Source: Octopus sinensis
Lineage: Eukaryota
Length of the DNA stretch: 18,122 nucleotides
Direction: 5' to 3'
Assembly (NCBI RefSeq): GCF_006345805.1
Contig: NW_021824598.1
Span: 1 to 18,122, forward strand
Positions within the stretch are counted from its first letter, which is position 1. Each line of letters starts with the position of its first letter. A model generated the notes under the pieces. The model saw nothing but the letters and a program-made list of their open reading frames with translations. It had not been told where the DNA came from and did no database searches. This document shows positions 8,820 through 18,122 of the stretch, in pieces. The position numbers and the translations under genes are program-made.

Positions 8820-8970
8820 ACAGACTTCAGATTCCGCCTGCCAAATCCATTCACAAGGTTTTGATCTGCTCGAGGTTATTGTAGAAGACACTTGCTCGAG
8901 GTGTCACGCAGTGGGACTGAACTTAGAACAAAATGGTTTAGAAGCTTCTAACCACACAACCACGCCTGTG
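8575..8970 (-). mobile_element. Old, diverged full-length SINE family A (or sister subfamily)
   Basis: Collinear with the young copies, internal (CA)n, many substitutions. Confidence 0.7.
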
Positions 8971-9104
8971 TCTCTTTACGCATGTGTATATGTATGTATG
9001 TATGCATGCATGCACGAATGCATGTAAGTATGGACGTACATCTATGTGTGTGTATGTGTGTCTGAGTTTGTCTCCCGCCACTGCTTCACAACCGGTGTTG
9101 GTAT

Positions 9105-9352
9105 TACTCTCTCTTTTACTCTTTTACTTGTTTCAGTCATTTGACTGCGGCCATGCTGGAGCACCGCCTTTAGTCGAACAAATCGACCCCAGGACTTATT
9201 CTTTGTAAGCCCAGTACTTATTCTATCGGTCCTTTTGCCGAACGCTAAGTGACGCGACGACGTCGTAAACACACCAGCATCGGTTGTCAAGCAATGCTAG
9301 GGGACAACAAACACACCACACACACACACACACCACACACACACACACCACA

Positions 9353-9392
<40 letters not shown>

Positions 9393-9570
9393 TATACATA
9401 TATACGACGGGCTTCTTTCAGTTTCCGTCTACCAAATCCACTCACAAGGCTTTGGTCGGCCCGAGGCTATAGCAGAAGACACTTGCCCAAGATGCCACAC
9501 AGTGGGACTGAACCCGGAACCATGTGGTTGGTCAGCAAGCTAATTACCACACAGCCACTCCTACGCCTAT
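9105..9570 (-). mobile_element. SINE family A, full length
   Basis: High identity to 5281-5693 copy. Confidence 0.9.
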
Positions 9571-9768
9571 GTTTACATCTCCATAACTTAGCAGTTCAGC
9601 AAAGACGTATTCGACAAATTCCATTTGTTGGAGCCTTCTAAGAAAGAAGTCAGTCATTTTACTACAGCTGTCAAGAACTCTACTGTCAGTCAAATACATT
9701 TTGAAATCTGATGATTACTGTAATAAGAAGCGTGAAAGCCAGATCTATTTATATATTTATTCAAATTA

Positions 9769-10288
<520 letters not shown>

Positions 10289-10584
10289 ATATATAATAAA
10301 AAGGGTAAATAATTTTTTTCGTGGTTTTTTAGACAAGCAACAATTATTTACCGGTAAATTTCGGTATGTAAATATGACTTTTAGCGTCTGGAACTTCTGT
10401 AGAGTTCAGTATATATAGTAGTAATTAAAAGGGCAGGCAACAGGTTGCTCTGCCGCATACCGCAAGAATAAGAAATGGCAGTCAAAGACTGTTTAATTCC
10501 ATTTTCTAAAAGTGGAGGCTCCGTGTGTGTGTGTGTGTGTGTGTGTGTTGTGTGTGTGTATGGATGTATTTATATATATGTATG

Positions 10585-10616
<32 letters not shown>

Positions 10617-10947
10617 GATATATATATATATATATACACACATATGTTATATAATTAGGTTTCAGTAAAATAATTTACCTTACCGCACACTGAACTTTTA
10701 GAAATAGCAGCCAAAAAATCTTAGCTATTTCTTCTACTATAAGAAAAATCTCCCAGACAATGCATACTCAAAAATATATACACACATATGTATATCTATC
10801 TATCTATATATATATATGTATAATATATATATATATGTGTATAGATATGCATATATATATAAATATACGCATATGTATATGTGTATATATATGTGTGTGT
10901 GTGTGTATATACATATATTTATATGTGTGTGTGTATGTATGTGCATG

Positions 10948-11027
10948 TTCTTTTATTTGTTTCAGTCATTTAGTCGAGCAAATCAACCTCAGGACTTATT
11001 CTTTGTAAGCCTAGTACTTATTCTATC
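10948..11027 (-). mobile_element. SINE family A 3' fragment with ~29-bp internal deletion, abutting the Dong-like 3' end
   Basis: CAGTCATTT|AGTCGAGCAAATC joins two TTT sites of the consensus. Confidence 0.75.
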
Positions 11028-11448
11028 CTAACATCGGGCTACAACAAGTAACCTTAGATGCCCAAATCTTCTTAAGTGTCCTAGCTGTCCCTAATAACAC
11101 TGTTTTCTGGAGCTGTACTAAACTGGGCTTTATGCCTATTTCCTCCGTCCATCTGTTCAAATCACTAGTTCATAATAGTTCAAAATTCGCCTATAACTAC
11201 TGGGATACATTTTACCCGCACTTACCATAGTCTCTGTAATTCAATGGCTAGGTCCTGGTACTTTGTCATTTTTTCTATAACTCTAACATTGATAAATGCC
11301 AAGATAGACAAAAACCAAATAGATTCCCAATGTAGGTTATGTAAATCAAAAGAGGAAAGTGCTACTCATATAGGAAGTGAATGTAGCATTCATGGCTTCC
11401 TATTTTCTTTTATATCATCATCATTATTATTATTACTACTACTACTAC

Positions 11449-11502
<54 letters not shown>

Positions 11503-12105
11503 GAAGGCGGTGAGGTGGCTGAATCGTTAGCGCGACGGGCGAAATGTTTAGCGGAATTTCGCCCGTCGCTATGTTCTGAGTTTAAATTAGATCTGCAAAG
11601 TCAATTATCTGGCACTTTCTATTGTCTTTATCTACTACTACTAAATCAGGCCTCCCAGCTTCTATTACTCTATCAGTTTGAATGTTAAAGTCCTACAACA
11701 TTTTCTATTTCTACTTTCTTGTATTTTACTAGAGTCATGATCATACAATTTATCAATATGTTCAAATCCTAGCTTTCTACATAACTCCCAGTGGATTACT
11801 CCCCCCTAGGTTGTCATGTCTTTTCTTGCATTCCTTTGGTGTCAGAATGATACATTCACTTACTATATGAGTAGCACTTTCCTCTTTTGATTTGCATAAC
11901 CTACATTGGGAATCTATTTGGTTTTTGTCTATCTTGGCATTTATCCAATTAGTCCTTTATGCTTGATCTTATGCTGCTACTAACCAACATTCTGACTCCC
12001 TTTCCAGCCTTCCTTTCAACAACCATAACAATGTCACAGTACTATTATTTGCTGCAACTATGCAAAACCTTCTCCTGCCAGCCACATAACTTTTGTTCTT
12101 TTTTC
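11028..12105 (-). mobile_element. R4/Dong-like RLE non-LTR retrotransposon, decayed 3' part (CCHC knuckle + PD..D restriction-like endonuclease), interrupted by an insertion at 11291-11588
   Basis: Minus-strand translation: WQEKVLH..WLLKGRLERESECWLVAA*DQA..CRLCKSKEESATHIVSEC..RHDNLGGVIHWELC..DFNIQTDRVIEAGRPDLVVVDK..CQIIDFA // INVRVIEKMTKYQDLAIELQRLW*..CIPVVIG..LQKTVLLGTARTLKK. Confidence 0.85.
11291..11588 (+). other. Composite templated insertion (inverted copy of 11845-11945 + direct copy of 12831-13068)
   Basis: 11291-11391 = reverse complement of 11845-11945 (3 mismatches in 101 bp); 11390-11588 = 12831-13068 with shorter (ATT)n and 3 substitutions. Confidence 0.85.
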
Positions 12106-12234
12106 TGCTTTTTAATATATTGTTATTATTACTGTTTTTTTTTTATTTTAATCTGCATATTTGTTACAGTCACTTGCCAAAACACACATAGTGTCCTGGG
12201 GCGAGTGAAGGATAAGAGATGTTACAGTTTATCT

Positions 12235-12237
12235 GTT

Positions 12238-12269
<32 letters not shown>

Positions 12270-12310
12270 TATTATTATTATTATTACTACTACTACTACT
12301 ACTACTACAC

Positions 12311-12342
<32 letters not shown>

Positions 12343-12350
12343 ACACCACC

Positions 12351-12420
<70 letters not shown>

Positions 12421-12440
12421 TTATTATTATTATTATTATT
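12235..12440. repeat. Compound in-register trinucleotide array (ATC)-(ATT)-(ACT)-(ACC)-(ACT)-(ATT)
   Basis: Direct reading. Confidence 0.95.
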
Positions 12441-12855
12441 TTACTTCTCAGAGCTGTCAGTCTGACCTTCTCTGGTTGATTCTGAAAGAGCGGACAGCAA
12501 CCCGTTGTAACAGGGTCTCTTACCGCAAAATATACTTGGATGTTAACTATTGTGGAAGTCACTCAACACCCACGTACAAATCTTAAAAATCGTAGCTGTC
12601 CCAAACAGGGCAGTATTTTAGGCCTGCTTTGCCCTCATTCTAATTCCAATTTCTCTGACATATTTCTCGAACTTGGTTGTTAGTGCGCCGAGTGCCCCTA
12701 CAACAATTGAGATAACAGTTACTCTTCTCATTGCCCACATTCTTGCAATAGTCTCTTTTAGCAGCCAGTATTTTTCCATTATTTCCAATTCTTCTTACGC
12801 ATGCATGCCCGTGTATGGTAATATCTATGATCATGGCTTCCTATTTTCTTTTATA
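12441..12855 (-). mobile_element. Second R4/Dong-like RLE element, extreme 3' end + 3' UTR, different subfamily
   Basis: KENRK..IIDITI..ELEIMEKYWLLKETIARMWAMRRVTVISIVVGALGALTTKFEKYVREIGI..TALFGTATILRFVRGC*; (AAT)n on both sides. Confidence 0.8.
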
Positions 12856-12883
12856 TCATCATCATTATTATTATTACTATTAC

Positions 12884-12982
<99 letters not shown>

Positions 12983-12985
12983 GAA

Positions 12986-13200
12986 GGCGGTGAGGTGGCT
13001 GAATCGTTAGCGCGCCGGGCGAAATGTTTAGCGGCATTTCGCCCGTCGCTATGTTCTGAGTTCAAATTCCGCCGCGGTCGACTTTGCCTTTCGTCCTTTC
13101 GAGATCGATAAATTTAGTATCAGTGAAACACTAGGGTCAATTTATTCGCCTAGTCTCTTCCCCAAAATTCCAGGTCTCGTGCCTTTAGTAGAAAGGGTTG
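12986..13200 (+). mobile_element. tRNA-derived SINE, family B
   Basis: GGCGGTGAGGTGGCTGAATCGTTAGC (A-box), GAGTTCAAATTCC (B-box), central GACTTTGCCTTTCGTCCTTTCGAGATCGATAAA motif, (GTT/ATT)n tail. Confidence 0.8.
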
Positions 13201-13223
13201 TTGTTATTTGTATTATTATTATT

Positions 13224-13775
13224 GAGTGAGAGAGCAGTGCATGCCATCAAACTGACACTGGGGTAAAATATACGAAGCCCAGTATAACCATCATGACTAC
13301 CCGTCTGATAAGGGTACACCAGGCACATGCATCACAACCCTATGTGCGCGACATGGTGATCCCATATCAAGATAAACAGCGCATGACCTTGCAGGTGGAG
13401 CCCAGTTAGAATTTTCTTCTGGTTGAGTAGCCCATCCCGCTCAAAAGGTCCCTGAATAAGGATTGTTTAAGGATGTTGAACGAACCACCCATGTTTCCAA
13501 AGGTAAATTAGCTAAACCTCTAAGAATTCCTTTCAACACACGGCTATGATGCTCCCCCACTACTTCTGCTCCTGATCAGAGATGCACATATCGTCAGCCA
13601 GAAAGGGACATGGTCAACTGGTTAAGGTCAAACAACTGACAAGAAAATCTGTGGTATTGAGCAGAATATTTGCTGTAGCCCATCTTTCATACCAACATAA
13701 CAATGTACATGATAACACTTCCAATCAGTTAAGATCAGAAGCCATGAAGCCACTGCCTGGTACTGCTCAGAGCAT
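13224..13775 (-). mobile_element. ~550-bp interspersed repeat flanked by (AAT)n / (GAA)n; probably non-autonomous retroelement or LINE 3' UTR
   Basis: Complex non-coding block ending ...GCACTGCTCTCTCACTC(AAT)n on the minus strand; recalled as an abundant octopus repeat. Confidence 0.45.
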
Positions 13776-13871
13776 TTTCTTCTTCTTCCTTCTTTCTTTC
13801 TTCTCTCCTTCTTCTTCTTCTTCTATTATTATTATTCTTTATTCTTATTATTATTATTATTATTATTATTA

Positions 13872-13935
<64 letters not shown>

Positions 13936-13942
13936 GTTATTA

Positions 13943-13983
<41 letters not shown>

Positions 13984-14437
13984 TGTTTGTTGCTGTGTTG
14001 TTTGTTGTTGTTGTTCTGTTGTTGATGTGTGTATGTGTGTACGTGCGCACAGACACAGCCACAACTGTTCGCACTCACAGATGTGTGCATGTATTTGTGT
14101 GTGTGTGCGTGTTGTGTGTGCGTGTGTGTGTGTGTGTGTATGTGTGTGCGTGTGTGCGTGTGTGTGTGATTTGTAGACACGCTACCCCAGTGGACATGCA
14201 TTTTATTTCCCTCTCTAGTTCTGTAAGCGGCACCGTAAAGGTTTCAACTGAAATATCATAAGGTATAATTTCAACAACTTTGTTATTTGATTTTAAATAG
14301 TCTGCATTGCTGAGGTTTTCTACACATTCATTTCTTTTTCATATACACCAATACTTCAAGGAAAAACTACAACACTACTATAATGTTTGATATATATATA
14401 TATAATATATATATAATATATATATATATTATATATA

Positions 14438-14473
<36 letters not shown>

Positions 14474-14570
14474 TGTATGTATGCATGTATGTATGCATGT
14501 ATGAATATGTATGTATATATATATGTATGTATATATATATGTATATATATATATATATATATATTTTATA

Positions 14571-14636
<66 letters not shown>

Positions 14637-14695
14637 GAATGCGTGTATTTCTCCCTTGTTTACAATTAACACGGAGAAAATAAGTAAACAGTTAC

Positions 14696-14735
14696 CTGGG
14701 TAGCAAAATTACACAAGCAAGAAGGACGTAAAACC
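14696..14735 (-). other. Candidate 40-nt exon
   Basis: Acceptor ttttctacctttacaaacag|, near-consensus donor CCAG|GTAACT; two frames open ([13 protein letters not shown] or [14 protein letters not shown]). Confidence 0.35.
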
Positions 14736-14803
14736 CTGTTTGTAAAGGTAGAAAATCCGGACTGATTTGAACTGTTTTTTTATGATATATATAAATAAAT
14801 AGA

Positions 14804-15160
14804 GTTAAACGAAGGTGTTATTCAAATTCTTTTACTTCCGACATATGCTTCGAAGACAACATTGGTATTATTCCAAAGGGATAAAATGATGTAAAACAAT
14901 GTAATCTTCTCATGAGGGAAAGAAAGAAACCAAAGTCATTAATAAGACATTTTAAAAGAATGTGATGGATGTGTATAGAACGCTAATGAATAGAACGCTA
15001 TTAAGTTGTTTTTTTTAAACCATTAGAAGATAACGTCAAAGTTAGCCTATAGAAAGAGATTACATTGTTTTACACCATTTTATACCTTTGGAATAATACC
15101 AATGTTGTCTTCGAAACATATGTCGGAAGGAAAAGAATTTGAATAACACCTGCATTTAAC
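14804..15160. mobile_element. Fold-back unit with 104-bp inverted arms, each carrying part of a degenerate hammerhead; probable inverted Penelope-like pseudo-LTR pair
   Basis: 14804-14907 vs reverse complement of 15057-15160; minus strand 14922->14835 reads CUUUCC-CUCAUGA-GAAG..CUUC-GAAG-CAUAUG-UC-GGAAG; right arm 15109-15130 has CUUC-GAAA-CAUAUG-UC-GGAAGG. Confidence 0.7.
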
Positions 15161-15166
15161 ACCATA

Positions 15167-15244
<78 letters not shown>

Positions 15245-15430
15245 ATATATATATTATAATATATATATATATGTATGTATGTATGTATATGTATGTATAT
15301 ATATGTATAAATTTAAAATAATAAGGGTGAAAAATTGAATATTAATTTGATTAATATCAATTTAAAACCAGTGGTCTAGCATACTCAAAAATCTGAAGAT
15401 TCAGAAAAATTGTATTACATACATATAAAT

Positions 15431-15784
15431 GGGATGACCTCTAAGTGGACATCCATTTTGCTAGAAGTAGACCACCTATAGTCTTACCACTAAGAAAGGA
15501 TTGTTGTCAAGAAAATTTAGCAAACGTCTCGTGTATATTTCTTCAAATTATATTTTGCTATGACGATCACACTGATGAGTTGCGAACAATTACGGAAGTA
15601 ATTACGTAGGTGGTAACAACGAAACCAGGTTTGTGATTAATCGCTATATTTTGTATCTTTTCATTTGTCTTGCTCGCTTACGTTCTGGCGTTTGCTAAAT
15701 TTTCTTGAGAACAATCCTTTCTTAGTGGTAAGACCAAAGCGGATCTACTTCTAGCATAATGGATTTCCAGTTAGTGGTCATCCC
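15431..15784. mobile_element. Fold-back unit with 96-bp inverted arms enclosing a hammerhead ribozyme
   Basis: 15431-15526 vs reverse complement of 15689-15784, about 10 mismatches; flanking CATACATATAA also mirrored (15418-15428 / 15787-15797). Confidence 0.75.
15566..15637 (+). ncRNA. Type-I hammerhead ribozyme with complete conserved core
   Basis: AUCACA-CUGAUGA-GUUG..34 nt..CAAC-GAA-ACC-A-GGU-U-UGUGAU: 6-bp helix I, G10.1-C11.1 helix II, palindromic helix III, GUU triplet. Confidence 0.8.
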
Positions 15785-15826
15785 TCTTATATGTATGCAT
15801 ATGTATATATGGGTGTGTGTGTGTAT

Positions 15827-15873
<47 letters not shown>

Positions 15874-16165
15874 AATTAAGATTCTGTTGAATTAGGTACA
15901 TAAATTCAAGCACCTTGTCAGTTCGGTATAGTCGGCACAGCTCCAAGTCAGGTATGTATCAGAATTTAAATAAGTAACAAGTATGTACAATTGTCAATAC
16001 ATGACGGCTGTTATATATATGTTGATAGATAGATAGATATACACACATGCATTCATACATATGTGTGTGTGAGCGTACATTTAACATGGATATAGACAAA
16101 AGCTGTCTATATATGTGTGTGTGTATATATATACACATACACACACATATGTATTATATTATATC

Positions 16166-16205
<40 letters not shown>

Positions 16206-16299
16206 TATATAATATATATATATATATAAATGTATATATATATCATACATATATATATATATACATATATATACATATTAATATACACATATACATATT

Positions 16300-16579
16300 T
16301 TTTCCGACCAGTCCATCAGATGTAGCTACACATCGCTGGTCACAATGCGTTCGCATTGTTTTAGTCTTCGAATAACGCCACCCCGCTGGCTAAGTGAGCA
16401 GGCCACCAGAAGAAAGGGTTGTGAAAGAGTACAGCAGGGATTACCACCCCCTGCCGGAGCCTCGTGGAGCTTTAATGTGTTTTCGCTCAATAAACACTCA
16501 CAACGCCCGGTCTGGGAATCGAAACCGCGATCCTACGACCGCCAGTCCGCTGCCTTAACCACTAGGCCATTGCGCCTCC
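16300..16579 (-). mobile_element. tRNA-derived SINE, family C
   Basis: GGAGGCGCAATGGCCTAGTGGTTAAGGCAGCGGAC...GGTTTCGATTCCCAGACCGGGCG head (A and B boxes) followed by a non-tRNA body. Confidence 0.8.
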
Positions 16580-16595
16580 ACACATATACATATAT

Positions 16596-16626
<31 letters not shown>

Positions 16627-16769
16627 TATTATATACATACATGGATGTATATAAATAGATGCACACACACACATATATACATCTATGAGTATATATGTAT
16701 ATAAATGTATAAATGCATACATAAAAAATAACATATGTACATACAAACACGTACGCTCACATATTCTCA

Positions 16770-16803
16770 TACATACATACATACATACTCATACATACAT
16801 ACA

Positions 16804-16837
<34 letters not shown>

Positions 16838-17107
16838 CATACATAAACACATACATAGTACATACATACATACAATACATACATACGTACATACATACAT
16901 ACATACATACATACGTACATACATACATAAACACATACATACATACATACATACACACATACATACATACATACATACATACATACATACGTACATACAT
17001 ACATACATACATACATACATACATACATACATACATACATACATACATACATACATACGTACATACATACATACGTACATACATACATACATACATACAT
17101 ACATACA

Positions 17108-17136
<29 letters not shown>
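16770..17136. repeat. (CATA)n tetranucleotide array with recurring CGTA / AAAC variants
   Basis: Direct reading; source of YVCM / HTYI ORFs. A second array lies at ~17487-17576. Confidence 0.95.
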
Positions 17137-17140
<4 letters not shown>

Positions 17141-17546
17141 CTTCAGATTGTTGCCATGCTGAGAAACGTTTGTTTACTCATTTGTAAAGATAGACGCTAG
17201 CTGGTAGCGAAATAATTTCATCGGTTTTTTTTTTCATCGAAATTCTACCGATCTAGACGTTAAACGTCTCTCTTTTTATCTTCACATCATAAAATATACT
17301 ATGATGTTTCAGTTATTATATCATATTAGATATTATATGAGACATCAAAATCCGACACATTACCTACATATTGTCTTACGTCGTATTCGAAGCGTATATA
17401 AAACCTTGTAGAGCTGTATGACGCAGAGATTTATACCTATATACATAAACAGGAACACATTCTTACACGCACACATTCTTACACGCATACATACATACAT
17501 ACATACATCATACATACATACATACATACATACATACATACATACA

Positions 17547-17577
<31 letters not shown>

Positions 17578-17579
17578 CT

Positions 17580-17927
17580 CTTTGAAAATCAAAGAAAAAG
17601 AGGATATCTTTGAACATCTGCTTCGAAACCTCCAGCTTCTATATCCAGACTATGAATTCATATTCATACCAATAATAATTGGTGCACTATACTTTGTAAG
17701 TAAATGCTCAAAGGAGAATCTGGATAAACTGGGATTTTCAGGAAGAGAAATCGTCTGGTTAATTCGTAGATTACAAGTGCAATCTGTGAGTGGAACAGTA
17801 AAAATATGCAAGACTTTTCTCAAGTTCCAAACGTGAATTCGCTTGTGTCAGCTACATTCCAAAGATGAAGTCTTGTTGGAAACCGGCTCCCTCCTCAGTG
17901 GAAGATTTATAATGATTAGACGATAGG
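17580..17927 (+). mobile_element. 3' end of an RLE-type (R4/Dong-like) non-LTR element + 3' UTR
   Basis: KEKEDIFEHLLRNLQLLYPDYEFIFIPIIIGAL..VSKC.KENLDKLGF..LIRRLQVQSVSGTVKICKTFLKFQT* (stop 17834-17836); (CATA)n upstream, TACATACAT downstream. Confidence 0.65.
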
Positions 17928-17936
17928 TACATACAT

Positions 17937-18122
17937 AATGTTCGTCCTTCGGGTTCGAAGATGACCACTGACATCATCTGGTGGAACTGCCGCCATGAGA
18001 CCGGAGGTGGCTGGTGAGGCCAATCCGGGCAAGGAAGCCCCTCCCACAGGTGGGGCGAAGTGGGTAGGGGCCGTACTACTGGTGCAGGCGGCTCTGGCTT
18101 TTCGCATCTGGCGTTTTTGCTC
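17937..18122 (-). mobile_element. 3' end of an RTE-clade (BovB-like) LINE with C-terminal C2H2-type finger
   Basis: With one frameshift: EQKRQMRKARAACTSSTAPTHF-CPTCGRGFLARIGLTSHLRSHGGSSTR* (stop 17974-17976); 3' UTR GTCATCTTCGAACCCGAAGGACGAAC + TATG tail. Confidence 0.8.

Noticed and set aside
9708-9750. CTGATGA...GAAA as a hammerhead (also CTGACGA at 888, and minus-strand cores near 13592 and 17893)
   Set aside because: Helices cannot be closed around the core, or GAAA is missing.
11028-11391. Twin-priming 5' inversion of the Dong-like element
   Set aside because: The inverted segment is a duplicate of sequence still present in place at 11845-11945 and is fused to an unrelated second donor; templated insertion fits better.
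14219-14262. Plus-strand exon with good splice sites
   Set aside because: Stops in all three frames; the minus-strand reading is open.
15431-15784. Classical MITE interpretation of the fold-back units
   Set aside because: No clear TSD or known transposase end motif, and hammerhead folds point to a Penelope-like origin; kept only as an alternative.
15896-15951. Plus-strand micro-exon (CAG|GTATGT), and another at 1400-1434
   Set aside because: Isolated splice-like signals with no linkable partners or recognisable peptide; not supportable without RNA data.
16500-16579. tRNA genes at SINE heads (also ~1840-1915 and ~12986-13070)
   Set aside because: A/B boxes are present but there is no complete cloverleaf, and each continues into a SINE body.

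Overview
AT-rich, microsatellite-dense eukaryotic (metazoan) genomic DNA. The repeat inventory looks like Octopus/coleoid cephalopod (inference from recalled repeat families, not a database hit). No prokaryotic features, CRISPR arrays, rRNA or true tRNA genes. Main content: (1) a hidden ~500-codon minus-strand exon (8197->6696) encoding a Lys-rich, then Pro-rich protein with 17 hexapeptide repeats; the ORF track shows only its last 273 aa because the first half lacks a start codon. (2) Decayed TEs: a Tc1 (DD34E, IR/DR) end, a CR1-type LINE 3' end, three R4/Dong-like RLE fragments, RTE 3' ends, three tRNA-derived SINE families and a possible Helentron-type element. (3) Most notable: three 350-430 bp fold-back units with 56-104 bp inverted arms that contain type-I hammerhead ribozyme (HHR) folds. 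Two are near-canonical (3664-3723 minus, 15566-15637 plus) and one unit has degenerate copies in its arms (14804-15160); these are probably Penelope-like pseudo-LTR remnants. (4) A SINE and a LINE share a 3' tail whose stem-loop shows compensatory changes. (5) A two-donor templated insertion interrupts a Dong-like element. Recurrent 1-bp homopolymer indels suggest some long-read assembly error, so frameshift calls need caution. All alignments and folds were done by eye.
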